Positions 47,607 through 56,044 of a stretch of 64,000 bases of DNA are shown here, piece after piece. Both the position numbers and the translations under genes were made by a program. Where the stretch lies: assembly GCF_027451485.1 (NCBI RefSeq), contig NZ_DAIDJE010000175.1, positions 1,032 to 65,031 of the forward strand, written 5' to 3'. Each line of letters begins with the position of its first letter. Within the stretch, counting starts at the first letter, position 1. The notes beneath the pieces were generated by a model. It did no database searches, had not been told where the DNA came from, and saw only the letters and a list, made by a program, of their open reading frames with translations. The stretch is from Bradyrhizobium sp. (GTDB lineage: Bacteria > Pseudomonadota > Alphaproteobacteria > Rhizobiales > Xanthobacteraceae).

Positions 47607-49805
47607 ATGAATCATATGCCAAGACTTGATACTCCAAGGCTCAACCGTCGCGCTTTCGTCATCGGCAGCGCCGCGCTCGGCTCCGGCCTCGCGGTGGGTC
47701 TTGATCTTCCCGCCGGCGGTCCCACGGTGGCGCGTGCCGCCGACGGCTCGCCCGAAGTGGATGCCTGGGTCGTGATCCGGCCCGACGATACCGTTGTCAT
47801 CCGTATTGCCCGCTCCGAAATGGGCCAGGGATCGCTCACCGGTCTTGCCCAGCTCGTTGCCGAAGAACTGGAATGCGACTGGTCGAAGGTCACGACTGAA
47901 TATCCCACCCCCGGCGAGAACGTCGCCCGCAAGCGCGTTTGGGGCGACTTCTCCACCGGTGGCAGCCGCGGCATCCGCGCCTCGCAGGATTATGTCCGCA
48001 AGGGCGGCGCCACGGCGCGCATGATGCTGATCCAGGCCGCCGCGAACGAATGGAAGGTGCAGCCTTCCGAATGCACGGCCGCCAACAGCGTCATCACCCA
48101 TACGCCATCCGGGCGGACGACGACTTTCGGCAAGGTTGCCGAGGCCGCCGCTAAACTCTCCCCGCCGACCGAGGTCAAGCTGAAGGATCCGAAGGACTGG
48201 AAGCTGATCGGAAAGGGCGTCAAGCGGCTCGACACCGCCGACAAGACCACCGGCAAGATGATCTACAGCATCGACGTCAAGCTGCCGGGAATGCTCAACG
48301 CCGCGATCAAGCAATGTCCGGTGTTCGGCGGCACGCTGAAGAGCTACGACCAAGCCAAGATTGCCAACATGAAGGGCGTGAAGAAGGTCGTGAAAGTCGG
48401 CGACAACGCGATCGCCGTGGTCGCCGATACCTGGTGGCACGCCAAGACGGCACTGGATGCCCTGCCGATCGTCTGGGATGAAGGTCCCAACGCAAAGGTC
48501 TCAAGCGCATCGATCGCCAAGTGGCTTGACGAAGGTTTCGACCCCTCGCAGCCCGTCTATGTCGGCAACGAAAACGGCGACGTGAAGTCCGCACTCGCGA
48601 GCGCCGCCAAGAAGGTCGAGGCGGTCTACACGTATCCTTACCAGAACCATGCGACGATGGAGCCGCTCAACGCAACGGCCCTCTATACACCGGACAAATG
48701 CGAGGTCTGGTGCGGCACCCAGAACGGCGAGGCTGCTTTCGCGGCAGCAGTGGAAGTCTCGGGATTACCTGCCTCAAAGTGCGACGTCTACAAGCAGATG
48801 CTCGGTGGCGGCTTCGGCCGCAAGGGCAACACCGACTATGTGCGTCAGGCTGTCGCCATCGCCAAGGAGATGCCGGGCACGCCGATCAAGCTGTTGTGGT
48901 CGCGCGAAGAAGACATGCAGCACGGCGCCTATCATCCGGTCACTCATTGCAAGCTGACGGCGGGCTTCGACGCCAACAACAACCTCACCGCATTGCATAT
49001 GCGGATATCCGGGCAATCGATCCTGTTCAGCTTGCGGCCTGCGGCCCTGGTCAACGGCAAGGACCCGGTCACCTTCCAGGGCCTCAACGCGAGTGGGGAA
49101 GCGGCGTTCGGCTATTCGGTGCCCAATCTTCTGATCGAGCACTCGATGCGCAACCCGCCCGTTCCGCCGGGCTTCTGGCGCGGCGTCAACGTCAACCACA
49201 ACGCGATCTATGTCGAATGCTTCATGGACGAGCTCGCGCATGCGGTTAACCAGGATCCGCTCGAATTCCGCCGCAAGCTGATGGCCAATAACCCGAAGCA
49301 CCTGGCCGTGCTCAACGCGGTGGCGGAAAAGATCGGCTGGGGCAAGCCAGCGCCGCAAGGCATCTACCGCGGTCTCGCCCATTTCATGGGCTTCGGCAGT
49401 TACGTCGCAGGTGCTGCCGAAATCTCGGTCGTCGACGGCAACAAGATCAAGATCCATCGCATCGTAGGCGCCACCGATCCGGGCTTTGCCGTCAACCCCG
49501 CCCAGATCGACCGCCAGGTCGCCGGCTCGTTTGTCTATGGACTGTCGGGCCTGTTCTACGGCGGCTGCACCGTCAAGGACGGCCGCATCGAACAGGCGAA
49601 TTTCGACACCTACAATTCGATGCGGATTGCCGAAATGCCGAAAGTGGAATCCGTCATCATGCCAAGCGGCAGCGGGACCTGGGGCGGCGTCGGCGAGCCG
49701 ACGATTTGCGTGGCGGCGCCAGCGGTGTTGAACGCGTATTTCGCAGCGACCGGAAAACGAATTCGTTCGGTGCCGCTGCGGGATCAGAACATCACCTTCG
49801 CTTGA
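47607..49805 (+). CDS. iorB: Molybdopterin-binding large subunit (IorB / xanthine dehydrogenase family), Tat signal
   Basis: 732 aa, GAGGAGG SD. RRAFVIGSAALGSGLAVG Tat leader. Aldehyde-oxidase/xanthine-DH a/b hammerhead and Mo-binding regions (GGGFGRK). Confidence 0.85.
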   Translation: MNHMPRLDTPRLNRRAFVIGSAALGSGLAVGLDLPAGGPTVARAADGSPEVDAWVVIRPDDTVVIRIARSEMGQGSLTGLAQLVAEELECDWSKVTTEYPTPGENVARKRVWGDFSTGGSRGIRASQDYVRKGGATARMMLIQAAANEWKVQPSECTAANSVITHTPSGRTTTFGKVAEAAAKLSPPTEVKLKDPKDWKLIGKGVKRLDTADKTTGKMIYSIDVKLPGMLNAAIKQCPVFGGTLKSYDQAKIANMKGVKKVVKVGDNAIAVVADTWWHAKTALDALPIVWDEGPNAKVSSASIAKWLDEGFDPSQPVYVGNENGDVKSALASAAKKVEAVYTYPYQNHATMEPLNATALYTPDKCEVWCGTQNGEAAFAAAVEVSGLPASKCDVYKQMLGGGFGRKGNTDYVRQAVAIAKEMPGTPIKLLWSREEDMQHGAYHPVTHCKLTAGFDANNNLTALHMRISGQSILFSLRPAALVNGKDPVTFQGLNASGEAAFGYSVPNLLIEHSMRNPPVPPGFWRGVNVNHNAIYVECFMDELAHAVNQDPLEFRRKLMANNPKHLAVLNAVAEKIGWGKPAPQGIYRGLAHFMGFGSYVAGAAEISVVDGNKIKIHRIVGATDPGFAVNPAQIDRQVAGSFVYGLSGLFYGGCTVKDGRIEQANFDTYNSMRIAEMPKVESVIMPSGSGTWGGVGEPTICVAAPAVLNAYFAATGKRIRSVPLRDQNITFA

Positions 49806-49876
49806 AATCTGAGGCGTCGGCTTGGTGGCCGCCGCCCTTTCCTCGGATCGTGTGGATGGACAAGCTGCGGCCTGAT

Positions 49877-49945
49877 GTCCCTTTGGTTCTGACATTCGTA
49901 TGGTGTTGCCCCGAGAGTTTTTACGAATGTCAGAACCAAAGGGAC
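49877..49945. repeat. Perfect 24-bp-arm palindrome, GACATTCGTA-core family
   Basis: GTCCCTTTGGTTCTGACATTCGTA (49877-49900), 21-nt loop, exact reverse complement at 49922-49945. Mirrored in shadow ORFs on both strands (VPLVLTF...YECQNQRD). Confidence 0.9.
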
Positions 49946-49980
49946 ACCCGCGAATATAGGTTTCCAATGCGGATTTGGAA

Positions 49981-50026
49981 TTGACATTCGCTATGAGAAC
50001 TCGCGGCGATACTGTGCGAATGTCAA
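49981..50026. repeat. 11-bp inverted repeat TTGACATTCGC / GCGAATGTCAA overlapping the soxF start codon
   Basis: Arms at 49981-49991 and 50016-50026 (24-nt spacer). ATG 50020 lies inside the right arm. Shares the GACATTCG core with the neighbouring palindrome. Confidence 0.75.
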
Positions 50027-51306
50027 ATCCACCGCGCTGGCTGGCGACGCGCAGACATGTCGTACGCGGGCTGGCTGCGGCAGCAACTTCGGTTGCGTTG
50101 CCCTGCCCGTCTTTTGCCCAATCGGCCGCACGCGTCGTCGTCATCGGAGGCGGCTTCGGCGGCGCGAGTTGCGCGCGCGCCTTGCGGAAGATCAATCCCC
50201 GCCTGCACGTCACGCTCATTGAGCCGAATCGCGTCTTCACCGCCTGCCCCTTCAGCAATGAGGTGATCGCCGGACTGCGCGACATCGCCGCGCAGCAATT
50301 CACCTATGACAAGATCGCGGCCGACGGGGTGAGCGTCGTCGCGCAGGCCGCCGCCGGAGTCGATGCGCAGGCAAGGACAGTCAGCCTTGCCGACGGCACG
50401 TCACTCCCCTACGACCGACTTGTGCTGGCGCCCGGCATCGATATGCGGTTTGGCGTATTGGCCGGCTATGACGAGGCGGCAGCCGAAAAAATGCCGCACG
50501 CCTGGAAGGCCGGCGGGCAGACCGTGCTGCTGCGGCGTCAGCTCGAGGCGATGGAAGATGGCGGCGTTGTCGCGCTCGCGGTCCCGGCAACCCCCTATCG
50601 ATGTCCGCCCGCGCCATACGAGCGGGCGAGCCTGATCGCCTATTACCTGAAGGCGAAAAAGCCGCGTTCGAAGATTCTCATCCTTGACGCCAAGGACATC
50701 TTTTCGCAGCAACGGTTGTTCGAGAAGGCCTGGAAGCAATTCTATCCCGGCATGATCGAACGCATCCCGCTGTCGCAAGGCGGCCGCGTCGTTTCGGTCG
50801 AGCCTGCGACCAATAAGCTGGTCACCGATTTCGGCGATCACGAGGTTCAGGTCGCCAATGTCATCCCGCCGCAAAAAGCCGGTAACATCGCGCACATCGC
50901 CGGCGCAGCCGACAAGACCGGCTGGTGTCCGATCGACGCCGCGACATTTGCCTCGAAGCTCGTAGCCAACATTCATGTCATTGGCGATGCGGTGATCGGC
51001 GGCAACGCTCCGAAGTCCGCGTCCGCCGCGTATGCGGAAGGCAAGGCCTGCGCCGCCGTGGTGGCGAGCCTGATCGCCGGAACGGCTCCCGAACGGCCGA
51101 CGATCGAAGGCACCTGCTACAACATCGCGGCGCCCGGCTATGGCTTTTCGCAGTCCGGCAATTACCAGCCGCGGGACGATATGTTCATCGAGCTGCTTGG
51201 ATCTGCCTTCACAAGCCCGGCCAATGCGCCGGACGAGCTTCGCCGGCGCGAAGCGGAACAGGCGAAGACCTGGTTCAAGACCATTACGGTGGAAACCTTT
51301 GGCTAG
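50020..51306 (+). CDS. soxF: Flavocytochrome-c sulfide dehydrogenase flavoprotein subunit (FccB/SoxF-type), Tat signal
   Basis: Trimmed to ATG 50020 (MSNPPRWLATRRHVVRGLAAAA). VVVIGGGFGGASCA FAD motif. PYRCPPAPYERA is typical of FccB/SQR-like flavoproteins. Confidence 0.8.
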   Translation: MSNPPRWLATRRHVVRGLAAAATSVALPCPSFAQSAARVVVIGGGFGGASCARALRKINPRLHVTLIEPNRVFTACPFSNEVIAGLRDIAAQQFTYDKIAADGVSVVAQAAAGVDAQARTVSLADGTSLPYDRLVLAPGIDMRFGVLAGYDEAAAEKMPHAWKAGGQTVLLRRQLEAMEDGGVVALAVPATPYRCPPAPYERASLIAYYLKAKKPRSKILILDAKDIFSQQRLFEKAWKQFYPGMIERIPLSQGGRVVSVEPATNKLVTDFGDHEVQVANVIPPQKAGNIAHIAGAADKTGWCPIDAATFASKLVANIHVIGDAVIGGNAPKSASAAYAEGKACAAVVASLIAGTAPERPTIEGTCYNIAAPGYGFSQSGNYQPRDDMFIELLGSAFTSPANAPDELRRREAEQAKTWFKTITVETFG

Positions 51307-51754
51307 GTTGGCCATTCCTTTGGTCGGAAGCTGCCTCGCAGCCGCGCTGCTGTTGCCGCGCGTGGCCGTCGGAGAGGAACTAAAGTCCTATACCACCACC
51401 GGCGATGCCATTGTGGAATCACTAACCGGCGCGACCGGTGATCCGGCGCGTGGCCGCAAGCTTGTCGTGGAGCGCACCAACACATGTATTCTGTGCCACA
51501 GCGGTCCGTTTCCCGAGGAAAAGTTCCAGGGCGACCTCGCGCCCAATCTTTCGGGTGTCGGCAGCCGCTGGTCGGTCGGGCAGCTCCGGCTCCGGCTGGT
51601 CGACGCCTCCCGCATCAATCCGGGGACGATCATGCCGTCTTACTACCGGGTGGACGGCCTCGATCGGGTGGCGAACGCCTTTCGCGGCAAGCCGATCCTG
51701 TCGGCCGAGCAGATTGAGGACATCGTGGCGTATCTGGCGACGCTGCGCGAATAG
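51299..51754 (+). CDS. soxX: Mono-haem c-type cytochrome SoxX
   Basis: ORF 51140..51754 trimmed. TTG 51299 (LARLAIPLVGSCLAAALLL signal, GGTGGA 5 nt upstream) or TTG 51308. CILCH haem site. GQLRLRLVDASRINPGTIMPSYY is the SoxX pattern I remember. Confidence 0.7.
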   Translation: MARLAIPLVGSCLAAALLLPRVAVGEELKSYTTTGDAIVESLTGATGDPARGRKLVVERTNTCILCHSGPFPEEKFQGDLAPNLSGVGSRWSVGQLRLRLVDASRINPGTIMPSYYRVDGLDRVANAFRGKPILSAEQIEDIVAYLATLRE

Positions 51755-51882
51755 GAAAGCACCGTGCGGCGAGCTCGGAGGCCGTACGGAAAACTGGTAG
51801 TTGCAAGAGCTCCTTTGATTCCGAAGTTCGCATCAGAGGTCGCCACGTTAGCTTGCGAACTTGCGAATCGGAGCTCGATGGG

Positions 51883-52359
51883 ATGCGAAGACAACCAGTC
51901 CCTACCCGCCGCCGCTTTCTTGGCCTCGCCGCCGGCGCGATCGGTGCGTTGCCGGCGGCCATCAGCGTGCGCCCTGCCGAAGCCACACCCGAAATGATGG
52001 CGACCGCGATCCGCGCCGTCACAGGCGGTGCGCCGGTCCAGACCGGCAAGGTCAAGCTCGACATTCCGCCGCTCGTGGAGAACGGCAACAGCGTGCCGAT
52101 GACGGTGAGCGTGACAAGTGCGATGACGGCGAACGACTACGTCAAGAGCATCCACGTCTTCAACGAAAAAAATCCGCAGCCCAATCTCGGCAACTTCTAT
52201 CTCAAGCCGAACGCAGGCCGTGCCCAGGTTTCCACCCGTGTGCGGCTCGCCGACAGCCAGAAGATCACCGCGATTGCCAAGCTTTCCGACGGCTCGTTCT
52301 GGTCGACCACCGCCGATGTGGTGGTGACGCTGGCGGCCTGCACCGAGGACGTGATCTGA
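51883..52359 (+). CDS. SoxY-related sulfur-carrier-like protein with non-canonical C-terminal arm (…LAACTEDVI)
   Basis: Trimmed to ATG 51883 (MRRQPVPTRRRFLGLAAGA Tat leader). SoxY Ig-like body (PLVENGNSVPMTV..., IHVFNEKNP). The C-terminus lacks GGCGG. Single Cys codon at 52339-52341. Confidence 0.75.
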   Translation: MRRQPVPTRRRFLGLAAGAIGALPAAISVRPAEATPEMMATAIRAVTGGAPVQTGKVKLDIPPLVENGNSVPMTVSVTSAMTANDYVKSIHVFNEKNPQPNLGNFYLKPNAGRAQVSTRVRLADSQKITAIAKLSDGSFWSTTADVVVTLAACTEDVI

Positions 52360-52679
52360 TGACCGCCGCCTTGATCAACGTCCCCAAGAAGGCGAAGGCC
52401 GGCGACATCATCGAAATCAAGGCGCTGACGTCGCACGTGATGGAGACCGGCTATCGCCACACCGCAACCGGCGAAGTGATCCCTCGCGACATCATCACGA
52501 GCTTCACCTGCCGCTTCGAAGGGGACGAAGTTTTCCGCGCCGATTTCTTCCCCGCGACCGCAGCCAACCCGTTCATCTCGTTTTTCACGAACGCGAGCAA
52601 AAGCGGAAAATTTGATTTCGAATGGATCGGCGACAACGGTTTTTCCCAGACCGCCTCGGCCAGCATCACCGTCGAATGA
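52359..52679 (+). CDS. soxZ: SoxZ
   Basis: 106 aa from ATG 52359 (ATGA overlap with the soxY-like stop). KAGDIIEIKALTSHVMETG... matches SoxZ. Confidence 0.8.
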   Translation: MTAALINVPKKAKAGDIIEIKALTSHVMETGYRHTATGEVIPRDIITSFTCRFEGDEVFRADFFPATAANPFISFFTNASKSGKFDFEWIGDNGFSQTASASITVE

Positions 52680-53467
52680 AGGCGACCGCAACCATAGTCC
52701 TGACCTCGCTGCTGATCGTAGCCGGCATCGTCCCTCGCCCGCTGATCGCAACCGAAATCCCCGCCTCGGAGCGCCGATCCGGCTACACCTTCATGGGTGC
52801 GGAAACCAGGGCGATGCAGGATGACGATACGACCAATCCCGGCATGTTGGGCGTGCTTGACGGCGAAGCGCTGTGGAACCGCAAGGCGGGCTCGGCCGGC
52901 AAGTCCTGCGCCGGTTGCCATCAGGATGCGAAGGTCACCATGAAGGGCGTGGCGGCGCGTTATCCAGCCTACGACAAGGAGCTCAGCCGTCCCGTCAACC
53001 TCGAACAACGCATCAATCTCTGCCGGACGCGGCATCAGCAAGCCGAACCGCTTGCTTACGAGAAGCACGAACTGCTTGCCTTGACCACATACGTTGCAGA
53101 GCAGTCCCGCGGCATGCCGATTACGCCAGACCCGACACCCGAGCTTCAGCCGTTCGTGGCGAAGGGACGCGATCTCTTCATGCACCGGCAGGGGCAGCTC
53201 AACATCGCCTGCACCAACTGCCACGACGACAACTGGGACAAGCATTTGGCCGGTGCTGCGATCACCCAGGCCATGCCGACGGGTTATCCGATCTACCGGC
53301 TGGACTGGCAATCGCTGGGGTCGCTGGAGCGGCGATTGCGCAATTGCATCACCGGCCAGCGCGCCCAGAACTACGATTACGGCGCAGTGGAACTGGTGGA
53401 GCTCGAGCTTTATCTGATGGCGCGCGCGCGCGGCATGCCGATCGAGACACCGGCCGTGCGGCCTTAG
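52676..53467 (+). CDS. soxA: Di-haem c-type cytochrome SoxA
   Basis: Trimmed to ATG 52676 (ATGA overlap with soxZ; MKATATIVLTSLLIVAG signal). CAGCH and CTNCH haem motifs. Conserved Cys in RRLRNCITGQR. Confidence 0.8.
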   Translation: MKATATIVLTSLLIVAGIVPRPLIATEIPASERRSGYTFMGAETRAMQDDDTTNPGMLGVLDGEALWNRKAGSAGKSCAGCHQDAKVTMKGVAARYPAYDKELSRPVNLEQRINLCRTRHQQAEPLAYEKHELLALTTYVAEQSRGMPITPDPTPELQPFVAKGRDLFMHRQGQLNIACTNCHDDNWDKHLAGAAITQAMPTGYPIYRLDWQSLGSLERRLRNCITGQRAQNYDYGAVELVELELYLMARARGMPIETPAVRP

Positions 53468-53517
53468 AGCGTGATGCGGAGCGCGAACTGCGAGCGGCTT
53501 TCCGGAAAGGATCACGC

Positions 53518-54870
53518 TCAAATCAACTGCTGCGGCACCGACAGAGTCACCAGCTTCGAAACATCCGCGCTCGTCTCGACGCGCCAGATCGCGTCGATCA
53601 ACGGTGTCGCGTCATAATGCGTATCCCACAGGGTTGCCGCGGCGCGCAGTTTTGCTTCGAGATCGGAATCGGAAAGCGGATTGGCATCGCTGCCGCGCGC
53701 GGCGGATTGCTCAAGCCTGAAGACCTGTCCATCCGCGATGGTGATGTCCACCGATGCCGCCACCGTTGAAAATCGCTCGTCGCGCAGCACCTCGACCCTG
53801 GCCCGCAACGCCAGTACTTCCGGGTCTCGGACACAGGCATCGGTAAATTGATCGAGCCCGGCCTGCCCTTTGAGGAGTGCGGCGGCAACCGCGTGCTGCA
53901 CGCTGACCTGCGCTTCGCGGCCGGTCGACACGTTGGGCCGGTCGGCGCGAACGCTGAGCAGCGGATTGCCGCGCACCACGACGCGCGTCACATCTGCTGC
54001 CGGATGATCGCGCCGCCAGTCCAACACGCAATCGAGCACGGGGTGAATCACAAAGCCGCACGGGTAAGGCTTGTACGACGTCGCCATGATTTCCCAGCTA
54101 TCGCCCCAGCGGCCGGTGATGCGGGACAAGTCGGCTTGTTCGGCCAGCGCATGATAAAAGCCTTGCACGCCTGCGAGCGGCTCGGCCGGCCCGTCATATC
54201 CTTGCTCGGCCAGCAAGGCCGACCAGAGGCCGTTGCGCGCGGCGTTGCCGACGCTCACGCTTTTTGCCGGCGTTCCCAGGCACTCACACAGCCCGGCCGA
54301 TTGGCTGGCGGCAATGCCGAGTGCCCACACCATCTGCCGCTCATTCAGTCCCAGCAGCTTGCCGGTCGCAGTCGCCGCGCCAAACACCCCGCAGGTCGAG
54401 GTGATGTGCCATCCCCTGTTGTAATGACTTGGCGAGATCGCAAGGCCGATCCGGGCCTGCACTTCGTTGCCGAGAATAACGGCCAGCAGCAGATCGCGGC
54501 CGCTGACCCGCCGCAATCCGGCATAGGAAAACAGCGCGCCGGCGACCGGTGCGGTCGGATGGATGACAGTCGCCGTATGTGTATCGCAGAAGTCATCGAC
54601 ATTGGCTCCGGCCGCATTGAGAAAGGCGGCGCTCAGCGCGTCGATCCGCTCCGTGCGCCCGATCACGGACACGTGGCGCCCGCCGGAGAACTCCAGAAGC
54701 GATCGCAGTGCGATTTCGATCGGATGCGAGCGGCAACCTGCAAGCGTGACTGCGAAGAAATTGACCAGGGATCGTCTGGCCTGGTGCGCAACCTCCGGAG
54801 GGATGTCTTCCCATCGCGTCGCAACAATGTGGCCTGCGAGGCTCGCCGTGACGCCGGGCTTCTGCAGCAT
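53518..54870 (-). CDS. MmgE/PrpD-family protein (2-methylcitrate dehydratase-like)
   Basis: Trimmed to ATG 54870 (MLQKPGVTASLAGHIVATRWEDIPPEV, typical family N-terminus). Confidence 0.8.
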   Translation of the reverse strand: MLQKPGVTASLAGHIVATRWEDIPPEVAHQARRSLVNFFAVTLAGCRSHPIEIALRSLLEFSGGRHVSVIGRTERIDALSAAFLNAAGANVDDFCDTHTATVIHPTAPVAGALFSYAGLRRVSGRDLLLAVILGNEVQARIGLAISPSHYNRGWHITSTCGVFGAATATGKLLGLNERQMVWALGIAASQSAGLCECLGTPAKSVSVGNAARNGLWSALLAEQGYDGPAEPLAGVQGFYHALAEQADLSRITGRWGDSWEIMATSYKPYPCGFVIHPVLDCVLDWRRDHPAADVTRVVVRGNPLLSVRADRPNVSTGREAQVSVQHAVAAALLKGQAGLDQFTDACVRDPEVLALRARVEVLRDERFSTVAASVDITIADGQVFRLEQSAARGSDANPLSDSDLEAKLRAAATLWDTHYDATPLIDAIWRVETSADVSKLVTLSVPQQLI

Positions 54871-55005
54871 TCCGTTTCCCCCATTTTTTTCCGGTGCGAG
54901 CATCGCAGGGTGACCAAAAAGCGCAACCAACGGACGGTGGACCGGCTATGAAATTTTGCCCTATGTTATCAAGACAAACGAGCAACAAGAAACTGCCGGG
55001 GGCCC

Positions 55006-55992
55006 ATGTCCATTCGTTCGACGTATTTTTCGCTTTGCTCGCTTGTTTTCGTCATCGGCACCGCTCTGTTGGGAAGCGCGGCCGGGGCCGACGACTTTCC
55101 CTCGCATCCCATTCGCCTGATCGTGCCCTATGCCGCCGGTGGGTCCGCCGACGCGACGGCACGCGTGATCGCCAGGCAGATCGGCAAAATGACCGGACAA
55201 ACCATCGTGGTGGAAAACCGCGGCGGCAGCGCCGCGATCGTCGGCACCGAGGTCGTCAAGAATGCCGACCCGGACGGCTATACGCTGCTGCTCGGGCAAT
55301 CCGGGCCGATCTCGATCAACCCGGCGGTCTACAGGAATCTGCCCTACGATCCCGTAAAGGACTTTGCGCCGGTCTCACTGACGAGCACCTATCCCTACAT
55401 CATGGTCGTGAATCGCTCGCTCGGCGTGAAGACGGTCCAGGAGTTCGTGGCGCTCGCCAAGAGCAAGCCGGGCGCGCTGAATTACGGCACGACCGGCGTC
55501 GGTGCGTCCAACCATCTGCTCACCGAGCTGTTCGACCTGAAAGCCGGGATCAAGATGACGCACATCCCCTATCGTGGCACCGCACTTGCCGTAGCCGATC
55601 TCGTCGCCGGCCAGGTGCAGGTGGTGTTCTCCGATCCGATCTCGGCGCTTCAGCTCGTGAAATCAGGCACGCTGGTCGCGCTGGCGGTGACCAGCAAGGA
55701 CCGATCGCCCATCGCACCCGAGGTGCCGACAATCGCCGAGAGTGGTTATCCCGGCTTCGATGCAGTTGGCTGGCACGGCATTCTCGCGCCCGCCAGGACG
55801 CCGCCCGCAATCGTCGCCAAGCTCAATACCGAAATCGTGCAGGCACTGAAGAATCCGGAAACAAAGTCTCTGCTCGGGAGCCAGGCCATTCAGGTCGTCG
55901 GCAGTTCTCCCAAAGAGTTTGCCGGCTATATCGAGCGGGATCTGGCGCTCTGGAAGGACGTGGCTGAGCAGGCCAAGATAGAAGTGAAGTAG
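55006..55992 (+). CDS. tctC: Bug/TctC-family tripartite tricarboxylate transporter substrate-binding protein
   Basis: 328 aa. Signal peptide, then PIRLIVPYAAGGSADATAR and NYGTTGVGASNHL Bug-family motifs. Confidence 0.88.
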   Translation: MSIRSTYFSLCSLVFVIGTALLGSAAGADDFPSHPIRLIVPYAAGGSADATARVIARQIGKMTGQTIVVENRGGSAAIVGTEVVKNADPDGYTLLLGQSGPISINPAVYRNLPYDPVKDFAPVSLTSTYPYIMVVNRSLGVKTVQEFVALAKSKPGALNYGTTGVGASNHLLTELFDLKAGIKMTHIPYRGTALAVADLVAGQVQVVFSDPISALQLVKSGTLVALAVTSKDRSPIAPEVPTIAESGYPGFDAVGWHGILAPARTPPAIVAKLNTEIVQALKNPETKSLLGSQAIQVVGSSPKEFAGYIERDLALWKDVAEQAKIEVK

Positions 55993-56044
55993 CCGCCTCT
56001 CGTCACGCGAGATCGGCCGCCGGAACGATGCAGCGGTGAGCGCC

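Noticed and set aside
53467-53519. 9-bp inverted repeat GAGCGTGAT / ATCACGCTC spanning both stop codons of the convergent soxA and prpD-like genes, as a bidirectional terminator
   Set aside because: The loop is 35 nt and there is no U-tract on either side. It may still pause transcription, but this is insufficient for a terminator call.
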